Shown: positions 25,944 through 34,855 of the stretch, piece after piece
Layout of the letters: each line of letters opens with the position of its first letter
Position numbering within the stretch: the stretch's first letter is position 1
From: Deltaproteobacteria bacterium
GTDB lineage: Bacteria > Myxococcota_A > UBA9042
Length of the DNA: 64,000 nucleotides
Assembly (NCBI GenBank): GCA_016875335.1
Contig: VGRO01000005.1
Coordinates: 11,295 to 75,294, forward strand
Direction of reading: 5' to 3'
Translations under genes and position numbers: made by a program
The notes under the pieces: generated by a model
What the model was told of the DNA's origin: nothing
Database searches by the model: none
What the model saw: only the letters and a program-made list of their open reading frames with translations

Positions 25944-28498
25944 GCATCGAGCGTCACCTCCCCAATCCCGTCGATCGGCGAACCGGCAAACTGCACAACG
26001 CAGGGCAGCGGGTTGCTATCCGGCAGGGCGTCGGCTAGTGCGGTCACAAGGTCGCGGTCCTTGTCCTGCAGGGCCTTTCCGATTGTCGTTGTTGCCTCGT
26101 CATCCCTATCGCCGCGCGGCGACAACAAGAACACGTTGCAGGACGCAGCGCGCTTGTGGAGTTCTGCGACCGACAACAAGACCTCGCCGCCCTTTCCGGG
26201 CGTCCACGCCGGGATCAGCGGCAGATCACGGAGTTCGGGCGATCGCAAGATGCGATCCAGGCCAACGACGCCCACGAGGTCGCGTGTCAGCAAGCGCCAG
26301 CTTGCGGGCCCGATATCCTTTTGCACGTCCGCGCGCTCGGCGTCTTGCGTGCGGGTTACGAGCGTCGGGAGCAACTCGGCACACGCCCTGCGCACCGCTT
26401 CGCTGGCCCGCTGGCCCGACCACTCGCCGTCCGGCACCAGCAGCAGCCGCAATCCGCCGTTGCGCGCGAGCCGCGCCACGGCCGGAGCAGCACCACGCGA
26501 CACGGAAAGCCGGTCGACGGCGAACTGGTCCAGCCACGCCAGCAGCTCTAGCTGGTAGGTGTCGGCCTCGGGGTCAGACTTCAACTGCTCGCGCGAAGCC
26601 GGCCGCCAGCCTGCAGCCTGCAACCGCAGCGCCCACCGCAGTGCCGGTGCAGACGGTGCTTCGCCATTGTCCAAGTTGGCCAGAGCGTTCGCGCTCGGGA
26701 ACGTCGCGCGGAGGCAGCGCAACACAGCGAGCCGCTCATCGGCCGTCGCTTGCGCTCGATCGGGCAATTGCGCCAGCACGATGTCGAACTCCTGGGCCGT
26801 CCATCCGGGCAATTGACCTGCAAACTGCGGGACCAGGAAATCTGCGACCGCGAGGCGGACGCCAAGCGTCGCGGCGGCGTTCACCAACGCTTTGCGCAAC
26901 GCCTGCTGACGCTCAAACTCCGACCAGCCGCCGAGCCGCCGAAACTTCTCCCGCTCCGCAACGGGCACGGCAACGTGCTCGATCGCGGCCACGAGCTCAG
27001 GCAGCAGCACATCCCGCACCGTTACCTGCGTGGGCGAAATCGACAGGGATTTGAGCGAGTTCCAAACGGCGCGCAGTTGACTGACTGCGGCGGAGTTCGC
27101 GATCGGCAGCGCCTGCGCGAGGACCGCCGGTAGCAGCGGCAAGCACGTCTGCTCGATCACCTCGCGGTTCCACTCCGAGTCAACGCGGCTCTCCTCGCCG
27201 CCCGCGGTCCAGCCGTAGACGGACTTGCGATCGGGTGTGAGAAACACGTAGCCGTGCAGCACCAAATCGCAAGCCAAGTCGCTGTGCACTTCTTTGGCAA
27301 CGCCGGAGTCCGCTGCCGGCCGATAGCTCACGTCCAGCGGCAAGAAGGCTGCCCAGCGGGCCACGACCCGCGCCTGCAGGGCCGCCGGCCAGCGCACCAG
27401 GGTGACGGCGCCGTGACCCAGTGCCTTCCGAGGCCTGTTCTCGTACTTTCCTGGCACGTCCTCGCACTCCTCCATGTCCATCGGCCAACCCGGCTTGCCG
27501 CGAAGCTCGCGACCAACCGGCGCCGTGGATTCCCGCCCAGCGACTTCGACCTCCCACGGCTCGGCGCCAAGCTCCCCGACGGTGATCTTGAACCTGAACT
27601 CTCCTTCCCAGTTCGGCAAGTCCTTGCCGGCCACGGGCTGGTGCCGCCCCAGCCGGCCCGCGGCCTTCGGGTTCTTCGCCTTCGCCGTCTGCGAGCCTGC
27701 TTCAGCCTGTGTGTCCGTCGGCGCGAGCGCAATCCTGTAGCCGCCCTTTGGCCAACGCGCCTCAAGCACTTCCAGGTGCCTGCACTGCGCGATCACCAGC
27801 ACATGCTCGGGCAGCACTGGCGCATGTCCACCGCTGCCGTCCACCTGCCGCTTGACGGCCAGGACCTTTGGCAGGTCGGCTCTGTTCTGAGTCCACTGAA
27901 AGTCGGCAAGCCGCATCGCGCCGCGGTTCAGATGGGCCTCGATCCGCAATGGCGCCACAAACAACAGCCCATTCGCGTAGCCCGTTTTCTGGTCGAGGCA
28001 CTTGTGCAGCGTAGCCGCCATGGCCTTCTCGTCCACCTTGGCCAACGCCTGCCATGCAGGGTTCACGGGATCCTTGCCGTCGGGGCGCACGTACGGGTTC
28101 ACAACGCCGAAGTGCAGTTCGTCGCCTGAGGCGCTGCAATAGAGAAACGTCTCGCACCAGTGGAAGATGCTCTTGAGGCCGAGGCCGAATCTGCCGACCT
28201 TCTCCGCGGCGGCCTGTTTGTTGCCGCCCGAAACCCGGTGCAGTGCCTCGATGTCTCCGAGATGGACGGCGCCGTCGTTCGCGACCAGGAGCAGCGGGCC
28301 CTGCAAGAGCGGGTTCTTTGCGTCAGCGAGACCCCCAGGCACGTATTCGATGACCAACCGCCGCGCCTGTGCGTCGTCGGCGTTCTGCATCATCTCGCGG
28401 ACGAAGGAGTCGGCGGTGTAGCCGTGCTCGAGCAAGCTGCGGATCGTGCGGATCGTCTCGTCCGCCGCCGCAACCAACCCAGTTTTCCTCGTCGCCAT
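25382..28498 (-). CDS. Large sacsin/Hsp90-like GHKL ATPase domain protein (N-terminal HATPase); 3' end uncertain
   Basis: ATG at 28498. The N-terminus carries FVREMMQNADDAQARRLVIEYV plus VGRFGLGLKSIFHW (GHKL N-box and G-box). Translation is protein-like up to ...IDGIGEVTLDA (about 25943). The last 186 aa (WRGRCWRRRSGW...) are Trp/Arg/Cys-rich junk that overlaps the start of the next gene in another frame. The true end is therefore near 25943, or the two ORFs are one gene interrupted by a frameshift. Confidence 0.6.
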   Translation of the reverse strand: MATRKTGLVAAADETIRTIRSLLEHGYTADSFVREMMQNADDAQARRLVIEYVPGGLADAKNPLLQGPLLLVANDGAVHLGDIEALHRVSGGNKQAAAEKVGRFGLGLKSIFHWCETFLYCSASGDELHFGVVNPYVRPDGKDPVNPAWQALAKVDEKAMAATLHKCLDQKTGYANGLLFVAPLRIEAHLNRGAMRLADFQWTQNRADLPKVLAVKRQVDGSGGHAPVLPEHVLVIAQCRHLEVLEARWPKGGYRIALAPTDTQAEAGSQTAKAKNPKAAGRLGRHQPVAGKDLPNWEGEFRFKITVGELGAEPWEVEVAGRESTAPVGRELRGKPGWPMDMEECEDVPGKYENRPRKALGHGAVTLVRWPAALQARVVARWAAFLPLDVSYRPAADSGVAKEVHSDLACDLVLHGYVFLTPDRKSVYGWTAGGEESRVDSEWNREVIEQTCLPLLPAVLAQALPIANSAAVSQLRAVWNSLKSLSISPTQVTVRDVLLPELVAAIEHVAVPVAEREKFRRLGGWSEFERQQALRKALVNAAATLGVRLAVADFLVPQFAGQLPGWTAQEFDIVLAQLPDRAQATADERLAVLRCLRATFPSANALANLDNGEAPSAPALRWALRLQAAGWRPASREQLKSDPEADTYQLELLAWLDQFAVDRLSVSRGAAPAVARLARNGGLRLLLVPDGEWSGQRASEAVRRACAELLPTLVTRTQDAERADVQKDIGPASWRLLTRDLVGVVGLDRILRSPELRDLPLIPAWTPGKGGEVLLSVAELHKRAASCNVFLLSPRGDRDDEATTTIGKALQDKDRDLVTALADALPDSNPLPCVVQFAGSPIDGIGEVTLDAWRGRCWRRRSGWPKLRLNAQDCSRSWLRPTASMPRSARVRCGCWPTATRSASTTWQPCSGWSHRTRCWKWHSGPYCATAAKRGVWSPRKPRPRSGPPNSKTYGLRLHPIACFWTCCGGNLRPKPLRDCPKPSGWQSCTLRPQTVTCFSRYRYTAFWHTETRGRSSRLIPRVRFAPASTFPLKSPLA

Positions 28499-28622
28499 GG
28501 CGCCCTCACAATGAGTGTCGACGCCGGAGAGCGTGCAGCGGCATGAACGCAGCTGTCAACCATGGGTGCGCCGGGGAAAAGGGCGATCGCAAGGTCCGCA
28601 GCCCTGGATCCGGGGCGAAACT

Positions 28623-28654
28623 GCAAAACGGTTTTGCCGTCTATGCACTTGCAT
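28623..28654. promoter_or_regulatory. Two short AT-containing palindromes in the divergent region upstream of the GHKL-SNF2 operon
   Basis: GCAAAAC-g-GTTTTGC (28623-28637) and ATGCA-ct-TGCAT (28643-28654). They lie 125-155 bp upstream of the ATG at 28498 (minus strand) and ~120 bp upstream of the pseudogene start at 28771. Both stand out locally against the ~70% GC background. Confidence 0.3.
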
Positions 28655-28770
28655 CGAAGCGCACTGCCGGCGATCCGCACCCGCCAATTCCAACGCCCCG
28701 TGCCGAAACCCCGCGACCGTGCCACCCTCGCAGGTCCACGCCGCCCGAGCGGCAGAGGCCATGGCCCACG

Positions 28771-29460
28771 ATGCCAGGCCAGTTCAACACCGCCGGCCCC
28801 AACGACGTCGCCAAGCACGACACCTTGCCGCCTTTGGGCCGGATTCCTGCCGACCCGAAAGCGCTCGTCGAGAGCGAGAGCTACTTCGTCCTGCACGCGC
28901 CGCACCAGTCGCGCAAGACTACGTCACTGAAGGCGTTTGCCGACATCCTGACCGCGGACGGCCGATGGGCGGCGGTCTATGCCACGCTGGAGGAGGCCAG
29001 CGAAGTCGAGGACCCTGCCCAGGCGCTGCGCCAGGTTATCGACACCATTTCGCGGTCCAGTCGCGCCTACTTGCCGCCGCAAGAGCACGCGCCACCAGCA
29101 AACGCGTTCGCCAACGAACCAAGCCCGCTTGGCTCGATTCTGGTGCAAGGGTGCGCGCAATCGCGCCGTCCGCTGGTGCTGATTCTCGACGAAACCGACG
29201 CACTCGCGGCTGCGCCACTGACGGCGGTGCTGCGGCAAATGCGGGCGGGCTACCTGCAACGCGACAAGGTGGCGTTTCCGGCCAGCGTTTGCCTGTTCGG
29301 CGCGCGCAATATCAGCGACTACAAGGCCGCGTCTGGCGGTTCGCCGAACCCGGGCACGGCGTCACCGTTCAACATCAGCCGCGAGGCGGTGACCGTGGCG
29401 TACTTTACCCGCGATGAGATCGCCGAGCTGCACGGCAAGCACACGGCGACGGCGTGGGTC
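28771..29460 (+). pseudogene. Truncated/decayed paralog of an AAA-ATPase-like (PF09820-type) + PD-(D/E)XK protein
   Basis: ATG at 28771 (MPGQFNTAGPNDVAKHDTLPPLGRIPADP...YFVLHAPHQSRKTT...LILDETDAL...SPFNISREAVTVAYFTRDEIAELHGKHTA) aligns residue by residue with the N-terminal ~230 aa of the intact gene at 43237..44898. After ~29455 the reading frame degenerates into Arg/Gly-rich sequence. No continuation frame was found by eye. Confidence 0.5.
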
Positions 29461-29857
29461 GGCTCGCTGTCCGGCTGCGGCTGGGGTGCCTTTGCCCGGC
29501 GCGGACGAGACCGTGCGGCCGGTCGGTTGTGGCGGCGCGGCGTACCGGACTGCTCTCGACGCGCTGCTTGCGCGCCTGCCGACCTGCGACCTGGCGCTGG
29601 TCGTGGCCGGCGGCGATGTGGTGCGCGGCGATCCGCTGGGGCGCCTCGGACCGTCGCTTGCGGGCCGCCGGTCCTGCAAACCCGCGCGGCAGATCGAACC
29701 ACCAACCCAGGCGTCTGCCTGGCCCCGCGTCGCTGCCACGCGCGCGCCGCCCGACCATCTTGACACCCGCGCACCCGGCGTGGACCATGCTCGCGTTCCC
29801 TGACGCGGCCCCGCGCGGTTGAGCCGTGGGGCGGGGTTCACACCAAAGGAAGACCCG

Positions 29858-30846
29858 ATGACCTGCACCCTCTTCCCTCAATGCGCGGCGAAGGCGCTCG
29901 CGCTGCTGGCCTTGGGCGCGCTGGCGCCGATGGCCGCCCTGGGTCAAAGTCGCGACGGCCCGGCAGCGGACACCGGTTCCGACACCGGCGGCGGCGGACT
30001 CGGCGACTTGTTCTTCGAGGACGCGCGCAGTCTGCTGCACAGCTACTCGGCGATCGGCGGGGTCTTCACCGAGCGCGGCCAGACCGAGTTCAGCGGCTGG
30101 AAACACGGTCACCCGCTGACGCCGGTCGGCACGGGCTTTCGCTATTACGAGCGCAATGGCTTCGTCTCTGGCACCATCGCGGCGATCGCCATCTCGCTTG
30201 CGGGTTCGGCGGCGGCCAGCGGCCCCAAGAAGGTCGAAAGCTGGGAGTCTGGCGGCTACCGGTACACGCGCACCACCTACTACAGCCCGGCCGAGCGGCA
30301 GGCGATGCTGGCGGCGACCAGCGCGGCGGCCAGCGGCATTTTCGGCGCCAAGCACCAGAGCTTCGACCTGCAGGTGTACTCCCGCGCGCTGGGCGGCAAC
30401 GCGGAAGGCTACAAGGCGACGATGCTGTTTGGGGTTCCATTCGCGGACGGTCAGGGCATGTTCGACCTCGGGTTCGGCTGGGGCAACATCAAAACGGCGA
30501 CCGGCGAGAACGGCCAGTACCTCATCACCAAGTACACCTACGCCGGCATGCCGTTCCGGCTGAACTACACCTTCGGCCCGTTGGTCGCCTACGCGCACTG
30601 GGACTGGAACTGGCTCGGCCACAGCAACGACACCGATTACAACAAGAAGGAGAACCACGGCGGCACGACCAGCGGCACCACCAAGACTGCGGGCAACACC
30701 ACCGAGATTTCACCACTGGCTTTCCGTGGCGCTTCGGCGCCCAGGCGGCGCTCATCGGCCGCGTGTACCTCGAAGGCGTGGCGCTCACCCCGGGCCTGAC
30801 CTCAGGCAAGTTTGGCTACAACCTGAGCTTCGGCGCGCGCTTCTAG
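29858..30846 (+). CDS. Outer-membrane β-barrel protein, apparently frameshifted near 30700
   Basis: ATG at 29858 is preceded by AAGGA. The N-terminus MTCTLFPQCAAKALALLALGALAPMAALGQ is a signal peptide. The body is an alternating Gly/Tyr/Thr-rich β-strand pattern. The C-terminus YNLSFGARF (terminal Phe, an OMP signature) is encoded in a different frame (ORF 29881..30846). This implies a +/-1 shift around 30690-30720. Confidence 0.5.
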
Positions 30847-30857
30847 CGGAGGTTCCC

Positions 30858-31643
30858 ATGGGGCGGATTGCGGTCCGAGCGGTCGGCGGCGCTGTGGCTG
30901 TCGTGACCTTGCTGTGCATTGCGCCGGCCGAAGTCTGGGCCAAGAAGGGCATTGGCTGGGTGGGGTTGTCGCGCAACGCCAAGGTCGAGGGCGTGTGGGG
31001 CAGCAACACCTATGTCCAGGAAGACCCCAAGAAACCCAAGCTCGAAGGCACACAGTTGTGGGTCAACTTCGAGGGCGGCCACCTCGCCAAGGTGTCGCCG
31101 CTCGGCAACGTCGGCGGCATCGAGTTTGGCGCGATGCTCGGCTATGACGGCACCTGGTCCGATACGGAGCGCTTGGCCTTGGCCGGTGGCTTCGCCTACA
31201 ACTTCCAGGTGGGCTTTCCGTTCACCCTGTTCCACCAGTTCTCGGGGGGCACCGAGGTGCTGCAACTGGCCGTCGCTCCAGGTTTCGGCCTGGACAACTT
31301 GCACGCCTACCTGTATCTCAAGGCCAAGGCCGCCTACTTGTTGACCGACGGCATCACCGCCGAGGCAGCCTGGACCTGGTGGCCGGGGCCGACCAGCCTC
31401 GCCATGGAGCGCGACGTCGGCTTCAACATCGCCAGCACCAAAGGTTCGGTCTACATCGGCCGCAGCAACGACACCGCCATCGAGATTTTTGGCGAGTACC
31501 TGTGGGGCGAGGAAGAGACCGAAAAGCCCGGTGCGCCGGTCAGCGGCGACCCCAAGGCCTTCGCCGGCAAGAACCCGTTCACCCAGACCACGCGCCGCGC
31601 GTGCTGCACCAACCTGCGGCTCGGCGTCGGCCTGGCGTTTTGA
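30858..31643 (+). CDS. Outer-membrane β-barrel protein
   Basis: GGAGG lies 6 nt upstream of ATG 30858. Signal peptide MGRIAVRAVGGAVAVVTLLCIAPAEVWA; amphipathic β-strand pattern; C-terminal ...LRLGVGLAF (terminal Phe). Confidence 0.6.
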   Translation: MGRIAVRAVGGAVAVVTLLCIAPAEVWAKKGIGWVGLSRNAKVEGVWGSNTYVQEDPKKPKLEGTQLWVNFEGGHLAKVSPLGNVGGIEFGAMLGYDGTWSDTERLALAGGFAYNFQVGFPFTLFHQFSGGTEVLQLAVAPGFGLDNLHAYLYLKAKAAYLLTDGITAEAAWTWWPGPTSLAMERDVGFNIASTKGSVYIGRSNDTAIEIFGEYLWGEEETEKPGAPVSGDPKAFAGKNPFTQTTRRACCTNLRLGVGLAF

Positions 31644-31648
31644 CGAGG

Positions 31649-32710
31649 ATGCCCATGCGTCTGCAACGATTGGGGATGGCGGCGGCCCTCGTCGCCGGCT
31701 GCGCCGCCTGCCTGCCGCGCCTGGAGGACCCGCCGCTGACCGTCAGCGGTGAAGCGCCGGTCGGCTGGAGTCCCGGCAAGCCCAGCGCCGTCGGCGGCGG
31801 CGACGCGGGTGCCGGAGCGGACGCGTCGGCTGCGGTCGCGCCGACCAAGTGCTCGGGAACCATGGGCACCGTGCCCACGCCGCAGCAGCCGACCCTGCGG
31901 CCGTGCGCCGTGGTCAATGTGGTCACGGCCGGCCTGACCGCGCAGCAACTGACCACGCTGTCGCTGACGACATCGATCGCCAACTTGACGGTGTCAAAAT
32001 CCTCGGATTTTTCGGCCCTCAAGTCGTTGGTCCAGGTCGAAACACTGACCCTGGCCAACTGGAACGAGGCCACCGCCCACATTCCAGACACCGTCAATGT
32101 CACCGCCAGCGTCAGCGTGTCGGGCCAGATGACCAGCTTGACCGGTGGCGGTGGCATCAAGACCCTCAACGGGACGCTGTCGGTGTACCCGGCGCCCAAG
32201 CTCAAGACGCTGTTGGCGTTCCAGAACCTGTACGCCGCGGATCTCGTCACAATTCGCGGATGCCCGCTGCTGGCCGACATGAACACGTTCAAGCAGCTCC
32301 AGAACCTCAACGCATTCAAGCTCATGGACGTCAATGTGCCGAGCATCAAGCAGCCGACGCTCAACGTCGCCAAGCTGGCGTCGATCGAATTGGCCAACAA
32401 TCCGAACCTGCCCGGTTTCTTCCTGTTCAATACCCTCAACCAGGTCGGCACGCTGGTGATTCAAGGCAACGGCACGCTGTCGCAGTTCTGGTTCAAGCAA
32501 CTGCAGTCCATCGATACGCTCCACGTGGCGGGCAACCCAAACGTGGCGTCGCTCGACGACCTGGGCCAGTTCGTGCAGGTCAAGCAGCAACTGACGGTGT
32601 GCGATACGGCGCTGTCGGGGTCCAAGCTCGAGGCGTGGCGCCAGGCCCACGCGCCCAACTTGCAGTTCACCAAGTGCAAGAACGGTTGCACCGGCGCCGA
32701 GTGCCCGTAG
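31649..32710 (+). CDS. Lipoprotein with leucine-rich-repeat / receptor-L-domain-like repeats
   Basis: MPMRLQRLGMAAALVAGCAAC carries a lipobox. The body has repeated L..L..L.N and N-rich segments (LTLANWNEATAHIPDTVNVTASV..., LASIELANNPNLPGFFLFNTLNQVGTLVIQGNGTLS...). Confidence 0.55.
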   Translation: MPMRLQRLGMAAALVAGCAACLPRLEDPPLTVSGEAPVGWSPGKPSAVGGGDAGAGADASAAVAPTKCSGTMGTVPTPQQPTLRPCAVVNVVTAGLTAQQLTTLSLTTSIANLTVSKSSDFSALKSLVQVETLTLANWNEATAHIPDTVNVTASVSVSGQMTSLTGGGGIKTLNGTLSVYPAPKLKTLLAFQNLYAADLVTIRGCPLLADMNTFKQLQNLNAFKLMDVNVPSIKQPTLNVAKLASIELANNPNLPGFFLFNTLNQVGTLVIQGNGTLSQFWFKQLQSIDTLHVAGNPNVASLDDLGQFVQVKQQLTVCDTALSGSKLEAWRQAHAPNLQFTKCKNGCTGAECP

Positions 32711-32713
32711 GCG

Positions 32714-33760
32714 ATGGCCAGCGACCGAAAGACCACCGTCGTCTTTGACACCTACGGCGGCACGGGTGGGCCAGGCGAGATTGTGCGGGCCGCGGCCCGC
32801 TTGTCGCGGCAAGGCGTCGCCCAGGTGGTGTTGGTTGGCGAAGTCGTCTACCTGCAGGACCAACTGGGCCTCCTGCCCTACGATCCAATGACGCTGCGCT
32901 TGGTTCCAGCGCCAGTCGCCTATCCGCGGCGCCCCGGCGACACGCTGGCGCAGGCGGAGGCGGCCGAGCTCGCCCTGCCGATCGCGATGGAGATGCTGGC
33001 CGAAGGCGAGGCCGACGCGCTGGTGACCGCGAGCCCACCCGAATTGGTGCGCGACCTGGCCGACCGCCACCTGGGGCGCTTGCCCGGCTGCGCGGCGGTG
33101 GCGGCGGCTGCCGTGGTGCCGACCATGCCCAGACAGGGCAAGGACGAGCCGCTGGGCCTTTTGCTCGACGTGTCTGGCCGCCGCACCACCGATGCGGAGT
33201 CGCTGGTGCAGTTCGCGGTGTTGGGCGCGACCTACGCCCGGGTCGTCACCAAGACGCCGCAGCCTTCTGTGGCGCTGCTGTCCACGGGGCAGGGCGCGCA
33301 CGACGGTCCGCCGGAGGTGGTCGCGGCACACGAGCGCCTGACATCGCTGGCCAGCGTGCGCTTCGTCGGCAACCTGCGAGCCACCGACCTGTCGCGCGGG
33401 TTTGCCGACGTGGTGGTCACCGATGGCCTGGTCGGCCACAACGTGCTCGGGCTGCTCGAAGGCCTGACCGAGATGACAGTCGAGGCAGCGCGCTATGCGT
33501 GGAAGACCAAGGTGACATGGCGTCTGGGCCTGCGCTTGTTGGCGCAAGGCGTGGGCATGTTGCGCAAGGTCAGCGAATTCACGACCTACGGTGGCGCGCC
33601 GCTGCTCGGCCTGGATCGACTGGTGCTGGTGGCCAACCCGGACTCCAAGGAGGCGGCCTTCGCCAACGCCATCAAGCTGGCAGCCCGCTGCCGGGCGGCG
33701 GACTTGCACGGCCAACTGACCACCGCCATGGCGCCCTTCGCGACCGGGGGCCAGCCTTGA
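32714..33760 (+). CDS. PlsX-like phosphate acyltransferase family protein (divergent)
   Basis: 348 aa. N-terminal TTVVFDTYGGTGGPGEIVRAA resembles the PlsX/PTA-PTB superfamily motif (D-x-x-GGD), and the overall length matches PlsX. The start lies 4 nt after the upstream stop. Confidence 0.5.
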   Translation: MASDRKTTVVFDTYGGTGGPGEIVRAAARLSRQGVAQVVLVGEVVYLQDQLGLLPYDPMTLRLVPAPVAYPRRPGDTLAQAEAAELALPIAMEMLAEGEADALVTASPPELVRDLADRHLGRLPGCAAVAAAAVVPTMPRQGKDEPLGLLLDVSGRRTTDAESLVQFAVLGATYARVVTKTPQPSVALLSTGQGAHDGPPEVVAAHERLTSLASVRFVGNLRATDLSRGFADVVVTDGLVGHNVLGLLEGLTEMTVEAARYAWKTKVTWRLGLRLLAQGVGMLRKVSEFTTYGGAPLLGLDRLVLVANPDSKEAAFANAIKLAARCRAADLHGQLTTAMAPFATGGQP

Positions 33761-34848
33761 GCGACGCCGCGCCCGTCCCGCCCGAGGTCGTGTACCGCTG
33801 GGATCTCGACAAGACGTATCTCGCGACCGATTTTTCGACGGCGCGCGGGTTGTTGCAGGCGGCGGTCGAGAGCGCCCAGCGGCGGCGCACCATCCCGGGG
33901 ATGCGTGCGCTGTTGAGCGCGCTGTGGCACGGCCGCGACGCCCGCCTGGTGGTGGTGTCGGGCAGCCCGACCTGGCTGCGTCGGCGCATCCTGACGATGT
34001 TCTCGCTGCACGGCATCCGCTGCGATCGGTTGGTGCTCAAGGACTTCGGCGGGGCGGTGCGCAAGGGCCGGTTCCGCTCGATTTCGTCGCAGGTGCCGTA
34101 CAAGCTGCGCGCGCATCTCGACACCCGGCTGTGGCTGGCGGCACGCCATGAAGACGTGGCCGAGATCTGCTTTGGCGACGACGCCGAGGTCGATGCGCTC
34201 ATCTACTGCCTCTACGCCGACGTGTGTGCCCGGCGGGTCGATGCCGCGCGGCTGGCGCGGATCCTCGATCTGTCCGGCGCCTACCCAGATGAAATCGCGA
34301 CGATTTTGGAGCGTGTCGGGCAGGTCCAGGTCCACGATCCGGTGCGCCGCGTGTTCATCCATTTGGAGGGCGGTTCGCCGCCTGCCCGGTTTGGGGCCTA
34401 CCGCGGCCGCGTGACTCCGACCTTCAACGCCTTGCAGATCGCGCTGCACCTTGCGACCGAGGGCCTGGCGGACGACCGGGTGCTGTCCGCTGTGGCCGAG
34501 GAATTGGTGAGAGAACACGGTGTGGGCGCCGAGGGTCTGGCCGGCACCATCGAAGATGCGCTGCGCCGCGGCCTGTGCGCGATCGCGCTGGCGCAGTCGG
34601 TGGTCGTCGACCTGTTGCCGCGCACCGCGGCCTTTGATGCCGGGTTCTCGCCGGCGTTCGCGGCGAGGGTGTCCCATCGTCTGCCGGACGCGGCCGTGCC
34701 GCCGTTGTCCCAGGGCGAACCGCTGACGCTGCCGTACGAGACCTTGTTCGAGGCCGAGAAGGCCTTTGCGAAAGCGCGCAAGCTTGCGCTGCAAACTGCT
34801 GGTAAGATACCCGGCCTCGCCGAGTTCCTGGGCGAGACGGAACGCTAG
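33757..34848 (+). CDS. App1-like / DUF2183-like putative phosphatidate phosphatase
   Basis: The frame of ORF 33499..34848 is used. An in-frame TTG at 33757 overlaps the plsX-like TGA (TTGA); an alternative GTG lies at about 33790. The LVVVSGSPTWLRRRILTMF...LVLKDFGG segment resembles the conserved ISGSP core of DUF2183/App1. The assignment is tentative. Confidence 0.4.
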   Translation: MSDAAPVPPEVVYRWDLDKTYLATDFSTARGLLQAAVESAQRRRTIPGMRALLSALWHGRDARLVVVSGSPTWLRRRILTMFSLHGIRCDRLVLKDFGGAVRKGRFRSISSQVPYKLRAHLDTRLWLAARHEDVAEICFGDDAEVDALIYCLYADVCARRVDAARLARILDLSGAYPDEIATILERVGQVQVHDPVRRVFIHLEGGSPPARFGAYRGRVTPTFNALQIALHLATEGLADDRVLSAVAEELVREHGVGAEGLAGTIEDALRRGLCAIALAQSVVVDLLPRTAAFDAGFSPAFAARVSHRLPDAAVPPLSQGEPLTLPYETLFEAEKAFAKARKLALQTAGKIPGLAEFLGETER

Positions 34849-34855
34849 CAGCGCC

